Virus record (IMG/VR): IMGVR_UViG_3300005264_000003
Location: 23,349-87,348 of that record
Length of the DNA: 64,000 nt
From: a virus
Strand: one strand, 5' to 3'
This document shows, piece by piece, positions 1 to 11,000 of this stretch; the first letter of the stretch is position 1, and every line of letters starts with the position of its first letter. Made by a program: the position numbers and the translations under genes. Below the pieces are notes generated by a model. That model searched no databases, was not told where the DNA came from, and saw nothing but the letters and a program-made list of their open reading frames with translations.

Positions 1-7
1 TATTATT

Positions 8-724
8 ATGGAAGATACTAAAGCTTTAGCCAATAAAATATTTGTAGAAATGGTAGAGAAACTACCAGCATCTGATCCAGAAAATAACCCCTTTGCGAAC
101 GTTGGAGTTATAACATCTTTAAATCAATTCATGGATTTAGTTATTGCAGCAAACTCTATTTACAATGAAACATTTGAAATACCGAATACGGACCAGTTAG
201 TAATAGCAGAAGATGTGCCAAGCGAAATCGTCAACAAGATGAATAACTTGGGCTCAAATACAATAGATGCAGATACATTAAGAGACTTAAGAATAGTAAC
301 ATATACTGCTGATGAGAGACCGGCAGTTATTGCAGCAAGAAGAACAAACGAATACAATGGCACTCGTAGCATTAAGTACAGGTTAATTGATATAGTTCCT
401 GATCCTATGTACACAGGCTATTCGATAGCTAGGTATGGAAGAGAAATAGAAGCTGACCTATCCTTTCATGTGTGGGGAATAAATTTCGAGGACATCCGTA
501 AGAGAGGGGCGCTCCTTAAGGATATAATCGACACAAACGTTTGGTTTTTTAAAAATAAAGGTCTCAAGGATATTATCTGGCAAGACAGTCGAGAGACAAG
601 ATTGTGGGATGGTAAAAACTTAGTTAAAGAGAAAATAGAACGCTATCTAGTAAGGTATGTTGACCTTAAGGTAGTAAGAGAGAAGAACCTTGAGCAGGTA
701 ATTTTCCAGTTCGGGTTATCGTAA
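8..724 (+). CDS. Putative tail completion/terminator-like structural protein (may extend 5' beyond the window)
   Basis: 238-aa ORF immediately upstream of the sheath; no in-frame stop before the ATG inside the window. Function inferred from position only. Confidence 0.45.
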   Translation: MEDTKALANKIFVEMVEKLPASDPENNPFANVGVITSLNQFMDLVIAANSIYNETFEIPNTDQLVIAEDVPSEIVNKMNNLGSNTIDADTLRDLRIVTYTADERPAVIAARRTNEYNGTRSIKYRLIDIVPDPMYTGYSIARYGREIEADLSFHVWGINFEDIRKRGALLKDIIDTNVWFFKNKGLKDIIWQDSRETRLWDGKNLVKEKIERYLVRYVDLKVVREKNLEQVIFQFGLS

Positions 725-753
725 CCTCAATAAAACAATGGAGGAAAGAATAT

Positions 754-3462
754 ATGTTTAATGTTGCACCCAGATATCTATCCGGTATTTCTGTGTTTCT
801 TGGTGATGATATCACTGAGCGAGAAGTCACTGGAGAGTTAGTTGTCCTAATGGGTCCAGCTACAAAGGGTCCTTCTAGTGCCGTAACTTTAAGAAGTATT
901 GATAGCTTAGTACCTCTTTTTGGCTCTAATAACCCTCTTGCTAAAGCTGCTCACCAATTTTGGGATGGCTATGTTGATGCAGGCGCTACAAACTCACTAC
1001 AACTCGTAGCAATGCGTATTGGTGGAATTGCAGCAACGCTCGCAAACTCTTTCGGCGTAGTCATCGAAACAGAAGATGCATATAATGGTATTGAAGACGA
1101 ATACTATGTTTATATTTGTGACGTAGATGCAGAATCCTTTAACGTTAAGGTATGGGACAAAGACAGACTGCTTGTTTTTGACTACCTAAATGCAATTGAT
1201 ACAAGATATGTCAAGGTAACCGTGCCTGATATAACTGGCACTACTGGTAAGCTTTATGGTACTGATATTGATAATGATCCTTTGAATCCTGGCTTAACAC
1301 TCGCTGAGCTAACAAACAAAGATCAAGTTGCACCTGGTGGCTTATTTTATGGTACTACTGGTGCAGGCCCTGTTCCTGGTGCAAGTAGCATTGTCTTAAG
1401 TGATGAGCATGGCTCGCAAGATTCATTTGCATCCTTTGCTGACCTATTCCCATCTACGGGCAAGGTAAGAATTTCAGGTAAGATTGGTGCCGTTAAATAC
1501 GAAGAGTTTATTAGCTATTCAGAATATGACTCTGAAACTAATACCTTTACTTTATCTGCCGAGACTACTGTGGATTTCTCTGGTGTAGCTGCTACTGATA
1601 TGAGAGTAGAGTATATTGGCTCAACTTTAATAAAAGGTGATTCTGAGTTAGACCTAACTGATCGTCAGCTTTATGAGAAGATGCGCAATATGCTTCTAGA
1701 AGTTGAAACTTGGACTCCTGATTATATTGTTACTGGTGGCGGATATTTTGATGCTAAAGGAACTTACGTATCAGGTAAGACTGCTGTAACAGTACCTACA
1801 ACTGCACAGGTTGCTGGTCCAGAAACTGCAGACACAGCGCTTTCATTAGCATTCGTTGAGGCTGAGGCAGCTGCTACATGGGCAGACTCAGGTACCGCTA
1901 AGCTAGATAGTGGACTAGAGCTAGACCTTGGTGATGGCAATGGCCTTACTGGAGTTAGTCAGTATATTCGATACTCAGGCATTACAACCGTTGATGACGG
2001 ACAATCGGATACAGACTATAGACTCAATGTAACATTTGATCAATTTGAAGTTAGTGCAAATTACGTAGGGGATTCTCAAGTTCTTTATGTTAAGCAAAAA
2101 GCAAGTGGACCTGCAATCGATAAGTTGATGCCAGAGGGATGGTTCCGTATCTCTAAGGCAGGACAAACACTAGCTGGATACTATAAGCTAGCATCTGTTA
2201 CTGATGGAGTTGCTAAGCTTGCAATTCACGTACCTGCTAATCAAGCAGCAGAAATAAGTGTCCATGTGTCTGGTGCAGCTGAATTTGATGCCGATGGAGA
2301 TGGAGCACTGCCGATAGCTACTGACACATTTGAGCTTTGCTGGATGCCTTTTGGTACTAATGACACTTACCTACATGGCTACTGGACTGAGATTGAAAGC
2401 TATGAGACTGGCATTGGCTACGTTAAAGAGACCGATCAAGGTGACTGCTATACTTTTGAGTGGAGCGATGAGCCTCAGATTGGATATGGATTAGCTCATT
2501 TCGGCTATCTTATTGCGAACTTCTGTAATGAAGCGACTATTGGTTACAATACGCCACTTACAGGAATGAACATGACTCCGCCTACTGCATTTGACAGAGC
2601 GTCAGTTATTCAATGGATTGGATCTAAGGCCGCATACAAGATGGTTGCTGGAGAGCCTACCGCTATTGAAGCTGTATCTGCATCCGGTACAGGTCTTCTT
2701 GGCAATGCCATTATGGCAGGTTCGGAGAGATTTAATCGTACATACTTAAATGACACAGCAAATAACAAGTTTGTTGATCCAGCATATGGTCTTCTTATGA
2801 CTAATGATGGATTTGTTGATGGCTCAGAGACAAGAGATACTTACGGTAACGTAGTTGATCTTGGTAAGTTTATGTGTGTTGGTGCAGGACTGCTAACATT
2901 TGTAAATGCCGCTTCTGGTACTCCTTATACTGAAACATGTGGCTTGTATTCAATTGGTATGCTAGCTGGTAGCCCAAAAGAGCAAGGTATTTCATTTAAG
3001 CAAATTGGTAAAAATTCTGGCACTACAATTAGTGTCATTGTTAATAGAAAATTATATAATGACCTAGTTAACCTTGGCTATATTGTAATTACTAGAGAAA
3101 AAGGCCTTGGATGGGTTATCAATAACGATCACTCTGTTGCAAGAAAAGATAGCGGATATCGCTTAATTTCTACTACAAGAATTGTTAAAACTGTTATTGA
3201 GGCTAAGCGTCAAGAGCTTGTAAGTTTTATTGGCAAGCCTATTAATACATTCTACTACGAGGCAGCTAAGACTAAAATGGCTGACTCCTTCAAGAATGAC
3301 GTTTCACTAGGTCTGCTTAATGGCTATAACTTCAACCTCGAAGCTTCTAAGGCTGGTCAGGCTATTGGTAAGCTCTACTTAAGAGTAGTTCTTAATCCGC
3401 CACTTGAATTAACTCAAGTAGACATTGATACTGTTATTGACCGCAACGTAACAACTAGCTAA
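754..3462 (+). CDS. Contractile tail sheath protein with large internal insertions
   Basis: N-terminal 'VVLMGPATKGP' and C-terminal 'ISTTRIV...FIGKP...LYLRVVLNPPLELTQVDI' sheath-type motifs; GGAGG RBS; directly upstream of the tube gene. Confidence 0.88.
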   Translation: MFNVAPRYLSGISVFLGDDITEREVTGELVVLMGPATKGPSSAVTLRSIDSLVPLFGSNNPLAKAAHQFWDGYVDAGATNSLQLVAMRIGGIAATLANSFGVVIETEDAYNGIEDEYYVYICDVDAESFNVKVWDKDRLLVFDYLNAIDTRYVKVTVPDITGTTGKLYGTDIDNDPLNPGLTLAELTNKDQVAPGGLFYGTTGAGPVPGASSIVLSDEHGSQDSFASFADLFPSTGKVRISGKIGAVKYEEFISYSEYDSETNTFTLSAETTVDFSGVAATDMRVEYIGSTLIKGDSELDLTDRQLYEKMRNMLLEVETWTPDYIVTGGGYFDAKGTYVSGKTAVTVPTTAQVAGPETADTALSLAFVEAEAAATWADSGTAKLDSGLELDLGDGNGLTGVSQYIRYSGITTVDDGQSDTDYRLNVTFDQFEVSANYVGDSQVLYVKQKASGPAIDKLMPEGWFRISKAGQTLAGYYKLASVTDGVAKLAIHVPANQAAEISVHVSGAAEFDADGDGALPIATDTFELCWMPFGTNDTYLHGYWTEIESYETGIGYVKETDQGDCYTFEWSDEPQIGYGLAHFGYLIANFCNEATIGYNTPLTGMNMTPPTAFDRASVIQWIGSKAAYKMVAGEPTAIEAVSASGTGLLGNAIMAGSERFNRTYLNDTANNKFVDPAYGLLMTNDGFVDGSETRDTYGNVVDLGKFMCVGAGLLTFVNAASGTPYTETCGLYSIGMLAGSPKEQGISFKQIGKNSGTTISVIVNRKLYNDLVNLGYIVITREKGLGWVINNDHSVARKDSGYRLISTTRIVKTVIEAKRQELVSFIGKPINTFYYEAAKTKMADSFKNDVSLGLLNGYNFNLEASKAGQAIGKLYLRVVLNPPLELTQVDIDTVIDRNVTTS

Positions 3463-3463
3463 C

Positions 3464-3499
3464 AATAGGAAGGAAGAGCTTCGGCTCTTCCGGACTATT
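3464..3499 (+). promoter_or_regulatory. Stable intergenic RNA hairpin (cUUCGg tetraloop) between sheath and tube
   Basis: GGAAGAGC-TTCG-GCTCTTCC (3472-3491), extendable by AATAG/CTATT; no U-tract follows. Confidence 0.7.
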
Positions 3500-3521
3500 A
3501 ATCTATTCGGAGGAATAATTA

Positions 3522-4145
3522 ATGGATAACAATAATGCTCTACAGAATGTCTTCTCTGGATCTGATGTAGTTTGCATCTTCGGTGACAGCTACATGGGTG
3601 AGTGTATGTCTCTTACCGTTGGCATCAACAGAGAAGCAGGCCCACTATATGTTATGGGCCGTAAGGAGCCAATCGCAATCCCTAAAGGAAAACGTGGCAT
3701 TGGCGGATCATTTATCTTAGCTCAATTAGGATACGATGCGCTACTTGGCTTCTATGAACAGATCATGGGAACTAATAAGAAGCCTATTTGGGTACGTAAA
3801 GATGAAAGCGTTCCTTCTACTGAGAGAGGCATTGATACAACAGCCTATAAGGCAGACAATGTTTCAATTGCTGAAGATGGTACTATTACTGAAATTGGCA
3901 CATTTGACTTATGGGAAGAGCTATATACCCCTAACTATGTCGATCAAATGCCTCCTTTTAACATGACTATCGTTGGCGTCAATGAGCAGGGCGAGAAGAT
4001 GGGATTCCGTATTTACGGAGTTACCATTATTAATGAAGGCATGGCTATTTCTGTTGATGAGCTTAATATGGAGAAGCGCTATACATTCATTGCTCAATCT
4101 GTATCTCGTACACAAAAACTAGCTAGCAATACAAGTACTAATTAA
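3522..4145 (+). CDS. Tail tube protein
   Basis: 207 aa after the sheath; 'FSGSDV...PLYVMGRKEP..IPKGKRGIGGS...DQMPPFNMTI...IYGVTIINEG...YTFIA' tube-type pattern; GGAGG RBS. Confidence 0.82.
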   Translation: MDNNNALQNVFSGSDVVCIFGDSYMGECMSLTVGINREAGPLYVMGRKEPIAIPKGKRGIGGSFILAQLGYDALLGFYEQIMGTNKKPIWVRKDESVPSTERGIDTTAYKADNVSIAEDGTITEIGTFDLWEELYTPNYVDQMPPFNMTIVGVNEQGEKMGFRIYGVTIINEGMAISVDELNMEKRYTFIAQSVSRTQKLASNTSTN

Positions 4146-4176
4146 TATTGCTAACAAGCTGAATGCACTATCTCTT

Positions 4177-4224
4177 AAGCCCGAGGTTGCACTAGAAATA
4201 GTGTGCTTCGGGCTTTCTGTTTTT
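4177..4224 (+). terminator. Intrinsic terminator after the tube gene
   Basis: AAGCCCGAG...TTCGGGCTT outer stem with inner GCACTA-GAAA-TAGTGT hairpin, followed by TCTGTTTTT. Confidence 0.75.
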
Positions 4225-4250
4225 AAAACTTTATATAGGAGAAGCTAAGA

Positions 4251-5567
4251 ATGGCTACCTTAAAAAGAACAAACTCAAATATACATATAATTGTAAGATT
4301 ACAGCCAAGTAAAGATAAGCCATGGTACTTTCATAATTCATCAATTGAACTAACTGTCGCTGAGGGCAGATATATAGATCCCGTTTCAGGACTAACACTT
4401 GAAAGCGCCATTAAGAGCAAGCTTAATGAAATAGAATTGAGCTCGCCAGACTCGTCTCCTAAGGATGTTGAAAGTCAAATAACCAGAATAATAGAAAGAG
4501 CAAGAGAAAATGCCATTGAATTAAGCTTCAATGCCTCAAGTAGCACTGTTGGCAAGTTTGATCCTAAGGTGGGTAAGGTAACTGGAGTAGAGGCTCCTGG
4601 TAAGTTTCCTTCATCTATGTCCACAGAGAGCGACTCTGCATATAATATTGGTGATAAAAACGTAGAAGACGTAACAGAAGGGCTTGGTGCATTTTGGAAG
4701 GCTCAAAGAGAGGGTGGCAAGAATGTAAATGGATTTCAAGAGACTGTTGGTGGAGCCGACATGGCAGTATTTTTCTTAGCTGAAGTGCCAATTATTGACG
4801 ACCTAGTTAAAGGTATAGCCAAGGAAGAGGCAAGAAAAGAGTTAATTGTTCTTGAGATGGACAACGTGCTATCTTTACAGTACTCTATATTAAGAGAGGT
4901 CTACCCCGTAAGACAACTAGGCAATGCTAATCCTGTAGATTTCACAAGAGGCCCTAGGACAATAGCTGGACACATAGCGTTTGCTATATTCTCAGAAGAT
5001 ATACTTGGCAGGTTAAGGTCTCGAGTACTTAAGGAATTTGAAGGCCTATTTAAGAATATAAAAAACAATCAAGAGTCGCTCATGAAAACAGTGGCGTCAA
5101 CTCAAGCTAAAATGGATAACCTGCTAATTAACGAAGACTTATCTGTAGATCAAGGCGTAATGGATAATAAGACTGCACTAGATGAAGCAAATGCAGCTGC
5201 AGCTAAAATGTATCAATATTATGATGCAGCACTACACTTTGATGCTGTTGAATTACTAGACTCACTACCTCCGTTTCACTTACTTGTTATGGGGATTAAT
5301 GAGAATGGTGTATTATCTAAATTTCTAGTAAAGAATATACAAATAATAGATGAAAATCAATTGCAAGGCACTAGGCAGCCAAACATAATGAATAAAGCAT
5401 CATTCGTTGCGAGAGATATAGTACCAATGAGCGCTGCTGGACTAGATAAGACTGTAACATCATCAATGAATGATTGGGCTCCTGGATCCGGCAATAACTC
5501 TGTAACAAAGAAGTTTTCAGCCTCTCAGGCATTAAGTCAAAGTATACGTAGCGATTTGGAGATATAA
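4251..5567 (+). CDS. Tail tube paralog (tube initiator-like)
   Basis: Shares tube motifs: 'YSILREVYPVRQLG..NP..FTRGPRTIAG', 'LDSLPPFHL', 'FVARDI'. Confidence 0.7.
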   Translation: MATLKRTNSNIHIIVRLQPSKDKPWYFHNSSIELTVAEGRYIDPVSGLTLESAIKSKLNEIELSSPDSSPKDVESQITRIIERARENAIELSFNASSSTVGKFDPKVGKVTGVEAPGKFPSSMSTESDSAYNIGDKNVEDVTEGLGAFWKAQREGGKNVNGFQETVGGADMAVFFLAEVPIIDDLVKGIAKEEARKELIVLEMDNVLSLQYSILREVYPVRQLGNANPVDFTRGPRTIAGHIAFAIFSEDILGRLRSRVLKEFEGLFKNIKNNQESLMKTVASTQAKMDNLLINEDLSVDQGVMDNKTALDEANAAAAKMYQYYDAALHFDAVELLDSLPPFHLLVMGINENGVLSKFLVKNIQIIDENQLQGTRQPNIMNKASFVARDIVPMSAAGLDKTVTSSMNDWAPGSGNNSVTKKFSASQALSQSIRSDLEI

Positions 5568-5569
5568 GA

Positions 5570-7051
5570 ATGACTGACAATTCAGGATATGAATTTAGCG
5601 GTGGCATAAATAGTGTTGGAGAAGTTACTGAATATAAAAAGCAAACATCTTACGAGCCGACATATGTTACTGCACCACAGGGTAAGATTTTAATAAACGG
5701 TATGTTAATTGATGAATGCTATGATATACAATACTCTTATAGAGAATTTAAAGAGCCAGTATATGGGTACAACTCCAGGCATTTTGATAAAATATTACCT
5801 GGCACCGTAATAATTCACGGAGCCTTCACGATAAACTATAAGCACGATGGATATCTTCATTCAGCTCTGCATATCGCTAGCGGAGGAGACAGTGGTAACG
5901 ATCTGTCTTCTATAGATGCTGCCATCTTAAGAAAGGAAGATCTTAAACAAAAACAAATAGCATACAGGTCGAGCTTAGATAGCTTAAGGGCTAGCCAAGA
6001 AAGCCGCAAAGGACTATTGGATCAAAAAGCTCAAGCTGAGGTAGCCATGAAGACTGCAACTCAGCACTTATCTGATGCAAAGAGCAAGCAGCAAATGAAC
6101 TGCGGAAAAGGAGGAGCACTCGATGCTGAAGTTTCCTCGGCTAGAAAAAAATACCAAGAGTATGTAAATAGTCTCACCACTGAGCAACTAGAGCAAGTTA
6201 CGGCTGCTAAGAAAGAAGTCAAAGAAGCTCAAACTCTTAGTAGCGAGAGCAGTGCTGAGTATGCTAAATTATCTGAAGAGCTACTGAGTAAGAAGAATCA
6301 AATTAGATTAGAGATAAATAAGCTAATAGAGCAAAACATAAATAACAAGACTGTAATGCAAAAGTCAGAAACAAAAAAAACTTTACTTAAGGATACAAAT
6401 GCAACAGAAGAAGAGGTCTCTTCTGTCGAAGCATATATTACTAGGCTAAGAATTTCATATGAAGCAAGGGAAGATAAAATAACGTCACTTAAGGCTAAGG
6501 AAGAATTATTAGACGCAGACATAGCTGAGCAAGAGCAATCATATAGGAAAATTGCAATCAAGGAAGATGACTCAATAGAGAAGAGTGTTACTTCTACTCC
6601 AGAGACAGTAAGGTATATTGAGTTAAAACAAAGGCTTGATGTGGCGATTACAAATAAAACTGACGGATCATCACTAATTAAAGCAGAGGTAATGTCATTT
6701 CAAGATGTATTTGATAAGGCCTCAGCTAACCTGAAGTCTGCACAGAAAAAGCTAGGAGAACTAGAGCAGAGCACGGATGCACTTAGGGAATCAATGATTG
6801 ACAATAAGAAGAAGGTAAGAGAAATAAACGATTTAGTAATAAAGCACATAGAGCTAGGCGATGACTATGTGAGAATTAAGCATCAGAGAGCAGAAGACTA
6901 TAAGGACTTTAATATATTTATTGAATACAATGGAGACATACATAAAGTTCTTATGCATTGCCAGCTTACTGGGCATACACATGCATTGCCACATTCAGGC
7001 GATCCAGTTAGAGAGCAATATACATTTATAGCAAAGAAGATAAATGCATAA
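5570..7051 (+). CDS. Tail tube paralog with long coiled-coil insertion
   Basis: 'IQYSYREFKEPVYGY...PGTVIIHGAFTIN' at the N-terminus, 'PVREQYTFIAK' at the C-terminus; the middle is E/K/Q/A-rich and helical. Confidence 0.65.
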   Translation: MTDNSGYEFSGGINSVGEVTEYKKQTSYEPTYVTAPQGKILINGMLIDECYDIQYSYREFKEPVYGYNSRHFDKILPGTVIIHGAFTINYKHDGYLHSALHIASGGDSGNDLSSIDAAILRKEDLKQKQIAYRSSLDSLRASQESRKGLLDQKAQAEVAMKTATQHLSDAKSKQQMNCGKGGALDAEVSSARKKYQEYVNSLTTEQLEQVTAAKKEVKEAQTLSSESSAEYAKLSEELLSKKNQIRLEINKLIEQNINNKTVMQKSETKKTLLKDTNATEEEVSSVEAYITRLRISYEAREDKITSLKAKEELLDADIAEQEQSYRKIAIKEDDSIEKSVTSTPETVRYIELKQRLDVAITNKTDGSSLIKAEVMSFQDVFDKASANLKSAQKKLGELEQSTDALRESMIDNKKKVREINDLVIKHIELGDDYVRIKHQRAEDYKDFNIFIEYNGDIHKVLMHCQLTGHTHALPHSGDPVREQYTFIAKKINA

Positions 7052-7089
7052 TATGCTTATTAACACATACAACCTAAAAGGAGACAAAT

Positions 7090-7506
7090 ATGAAAGAAGA
7101 GATTAGCAAGGAAGCGCAACCAGTTTTAGAGAGTAGTTTTTGGGATGAAATTGATTGGGATAAAGTATCTCATAATAAGATTGACAGAGGAAGCTTCTTG
7201 AGAACTAAGTCACTTAATAGTAAGATATTTGCTACGTTTCTTGGACCGCAAGATCAGTTGCAATTCTACTTATTTAAGCCTCTTGGATGGGCTAAGTACA
7301 AAGACATTAGATCAAAAGACTTAGATAAAGACACTGTGCATGAATATATCATAAATGCATGTCTAATACATCCAGCCAGCAATCCAATTGCTGTAGGCAA
7401 TATTGATGCAGGTATAATGCTAACACTTGTAAATCAAATACTTACTATAAGCAACTTCTTAACGGATCCAAATCAGGCACTTGAATTACTATTAGAGATC
7501 AAATAA
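7090..7506 (+). CDS. Putative tail assembly chaperone
   Basis: 138 aa, AGGAG RBS, located between the tube genes and the giant ORFs; 'AGIMLTLVNQILTISNF' resembles the next gene's 'AGVIPTVLYCAFHISGF'. Confidence 0.55.
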   Translation: MKEEISKEAQPVLESSFWDEIDWDKVSHNKIDRGSFLRTKSLNSKIFATFLGPQDQLQFYLFKPLGWAKYKDIRSKDLDKDTVHEYIINACLIHPASNPIAVGNIDAGIMLTLVNQILTISNFLTDPNQALELLLEIK

Positions 7507-8081
7507 TGTCAAAATATAAAATCTCTACCAGTGATTACACGATAGTATTTAACTCTATAAGTGCAGAGGATGCAGACAGGTATCACAGAATAATAAAGCA
7601 GACAGATAGCGCAGAGGCTGAAGAGATGTTATTCTTGTCAATAGTGGAAGATAAGAGCATTGACATAGAGTCACTCAATGCTGGCGTTATACCAACAGTG
7701 CTGTATTGCGCATTTCATATATCTGGATTTATAACTATAGATGAGTCTGTTCCAGACAACATAGAGAAGGCTAGAACTAGAATAGCAAGTAGCCTTTATC
7801 ATTCCTTACTGTATCCAGCTATAATAAAGACTCAGCCAGGGTATACATTAGATATGCTGCGGAGCAAAAGCTTAAATGACTTAATGGAACTATTCGCTTT
7901 AAGCGAGATAATCCTAGGCAAAGACATTGTCAATATCGAAGAAATGAGAAAAACTATTGCTGAAAGTAAACAAAATAAAGTTTCTCCATCTGCTGGCGGA
8001 ATTGCCGGAGTAACATCAGAAGAGCTTGACTTAGTTAAGTCAATGATTGAAGCGGAAGAATTTAATAGCGAGATATTCTAA
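7506..8081 (+). CDS. Putative tail assembly chaperone (paralog of upstream gene)
   Basis: TAATG translational coupling on both sides; shared AG-x-I...ISxF motif. Confidence 0.5.
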   Translation: MSKYKISTSDYTIVFNSISAEDADRYHRIIKQTDSAEAEEMLFLSIVEDKSIDIESLNAGVIPTVLYCAFHISGFITIDESVPDNIEKARTRIASSLYHSLLYPAIIKTQPGYTLDMLRSKSLNDLMELFALSEIILGKDIVNIEEMRKTIAESKQNKVSPSAGGIAGVTSEELDLVKSMIEAEEFNSEIF

Positions 8082-11000
8082 TGAGCAGTAAGCCAATAAA
8101 TCCTATAACATTTTCGGTAGATATAGAGGCTAATAATCTCCCCACTGACTTTCATATAGTGAGAGGCCTTGGGGAGCCCTTTAGGCTTCCTGACCTAAGC
8201 AAGATGGTGGATGGATTTGCAAACGTAGATATATATCAAATTGGATACATGGCCAATGGTGAAAAGAAGCATGTTGACGTAACTGAAACTACGTTTAAGC
8301 ATCCCGAGGTCTCTACGCCATTAAAGTATTCAGAAGAATATATAGACGCTGCTGGCAAGACGCGTTCGTTTAAGAGAGCTACTACAGTTACAGCATCAAG
8401 AGAAAGCTATGAGTCTCTATTCAAGTCTAGTGTAAATAAGATGAATGCTGCATCTACCGAGCAATATAGGAAAAAAGTACTGCCCTACTACTTACTGCAG
8501 GCTAGGAAGAATACTCAGTTCATGCTAGATAACGGTGGATCAATTGGTGCAATGCCTTTTGATGTATTCATAAAGCCATATGAAGAAATAAGAAGAATAG
8601 CTGAATCTCCTGAGAATGGGTTTAAGTATAGTCAAGTTACGCAAGCTAACTTTAGAGGTAAAGGTACAGACTCTCTCTATGAAGCAATAGATAATCTTGT
8701 CAGCTCAGCTAGCTCTAAGGATGCACCAGCTGTATTTAGATCATGGAACCCAGCATATGATGCGCCAGTTATACTGGCAGCACTACAGAAGTCGGGGCAT
8801 ACTGCTCTGGCAGACAAGTTTATTGCACAGCATAAGTCTGGACTATTAAAAATACAAGGCATAGAAGATGAGTGGCATGAAGTTTTATGGAAGTTAACTA
8901 AAGAGAATCCTGATATAGCAGATGATATAAGAGTAGGAATGCACCCAATAGCAGCAATTGCTACGGGTCGGCCTGGTGGCAAAGTAACTACGTATGGAGA
9001 ATTTAAGTACTCTACATATAGCTGGAAGCAAGAGGACATAGCTAAGCTTTTCAGGGGACATAAGAATTTTAGAGACATAGGCCATATAGCATCAACAGAT
9101 ATATTACAATCAGAAGAGCTTGCTAGTTTTATGCAGGCAGTAAAAGAAAGAGCTAGGAAAACTCTTGGACTTAAAGAGGCTACAGAAGCATTAAATCTAG
9201 AAGATACAGGCAATGCATTTACAGATGCCTTTAATGCTGAGATAGCTAAGACCTTTGGTGATAATGGCGCTACGACAGCAAGGGGAATGCTAAGAGAAGC
9301 AACTATAGATTCAAAGAGGAAGAATAAATTCTTTAGACAAAACTTTGGATCATGGTTTGCTGCTGACACATCTAAAAGAGCAAGAGCAAGCTGGACAAAA
9401 TATCCTGGAGTTATAGGAGCAGCAATTGCAGTAGCAGGAGCAACATATTTAGCTAATAGTGAAACGAAGACAAGTCTAGGCAGCGGTTTTTCAAGTATCA
9501 ATGGAGTTCCTATAGGCAAAGGCATTGGGTCAGGAATAGACAAGGACAGTCCTAATCTTGGCGCTAATATGGTTGGCGCTATGGCATCAGGCATTGTTGT
9601 GCCTGGAATAACAATGGCAGCTATTGGATACGGAGCAGCGCAAAGACATCCTATGCTGGGATATTCTCCATCTAAGCCTGAGACCTTTACGCAGGCCTGG
9701 AATCAAATTAAGAGTACGATAAGATATGGCATCAAGACTACAGAGGGTCAAGTATCTTTAGCTCGCGTATTCGAACTAGGAAGCTTAACAGATTATTTTT
9801 CTAGCAGTAGAACTTACTTGGCTGGAAAAGGCAAGAGTGGTAATTTGCCTAACGGAAAGCCTGGCAGGTACTATAAGTTTAATGTTATACAGACAAAGAA
9901 TGGCATAACAAGAGTACTTGATCAGAAATCACCAGGCCACGGCATGGACATGACTAAATTTATGCATGTACTCAAGCGGGATAATATATCTCAATATAAA
10001 AAACTAGACAGTATTCTTAATCCAAACATTAAAGATATGGCGCCTGAAAAGAGGCCTTACACAAGGCAAATAAGAATAGCATCCACAGTTGGCGGTGGAA
10101 CAAGAGTGCAGTGGGACGACTATGCCACTGAAAGCTTCGGCAAGGAAAACAGAATAACGAATTATTTATTAATAGATAAACATATAGGCATAAATAAACT
10201 ACGGGACGTAATACCGCAAGCTGCCAATCTGCATACTAGGCAGACTGATAAAAATAATTTGCGCAGCACGAATACAGCAGCCAGGGAAGCTGTTCATAGG
10301 GATATGTATAGATATGGCGGGTTTGCAAAAGATGAATACGAAGATTACATGGGCAGGCTTGTTAAGCCTGGATTTGCCAGAAGAAGCGAGCTTGGTAACA
10401 CTGCGTGGCGCGGAGCCGAGAAGTTAAGATGGATGTTAGATCTGAACTCGAAGAGTGTTGGTGAGGCTAACAATTTACTTATACCTAATGTAGCTGAGAC
10501 GCTTAATAGCACGAAGGCTGTAGTGCTAGTAAAGGATGCTAGATACTATGCTGATGTAATACCAAACTGGCTCATTGGTAGCATGGATAGATTCCTTGAA
10601 ACTCCATTTGAGTTCTTAGGAGTTGAGCATGGTAAAATAGAAGGGCTTGCTAATAAATTGAAAGCATCCCCCAACTTTACAACTAATACATTCGGTAAGG
10701 CATTATCTGCTATAGAGAAGCCTCACTTCGGATTAGGACTTGCAGCAAATGGTGGGTCTGCTTCTAGGTATCTGATGTCATTTGGACTCAAGAGAGTACT
10801 GCCTGCATACCTAGCTATAAACATGTTCTCGCTTACTGATCACTTACTAGGTGCAGCTACTATGTCTCCTACTGGAAGAGGACCTCTTACATCTGTTCCC
10901 ATAAAAGCATATGAGACAGCATCCTTGCTATATACTAAGATGTCCGATATTGTAGGGCTAACTGATTATGCAAAATGGCAAGCAGATGTTGCTCCTGGAT

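Noticed and set aside
7480-7520. Programmed frameshift joining the two chaperone genes (lambda G/GT style)
   Set aside because: No X XXY YYZ slippery heptamer near the first stop; the genes are simply TAATG-coupled and look like paralogs.
8677-9594. 305-aa minus-strand ORF and other antisense ORFs (e.g. 25836-26387, 59292-60068)
   Set aside because: They are shadows of long + strand genes, explained by codon bias and repeats, with no recognisable motifs.
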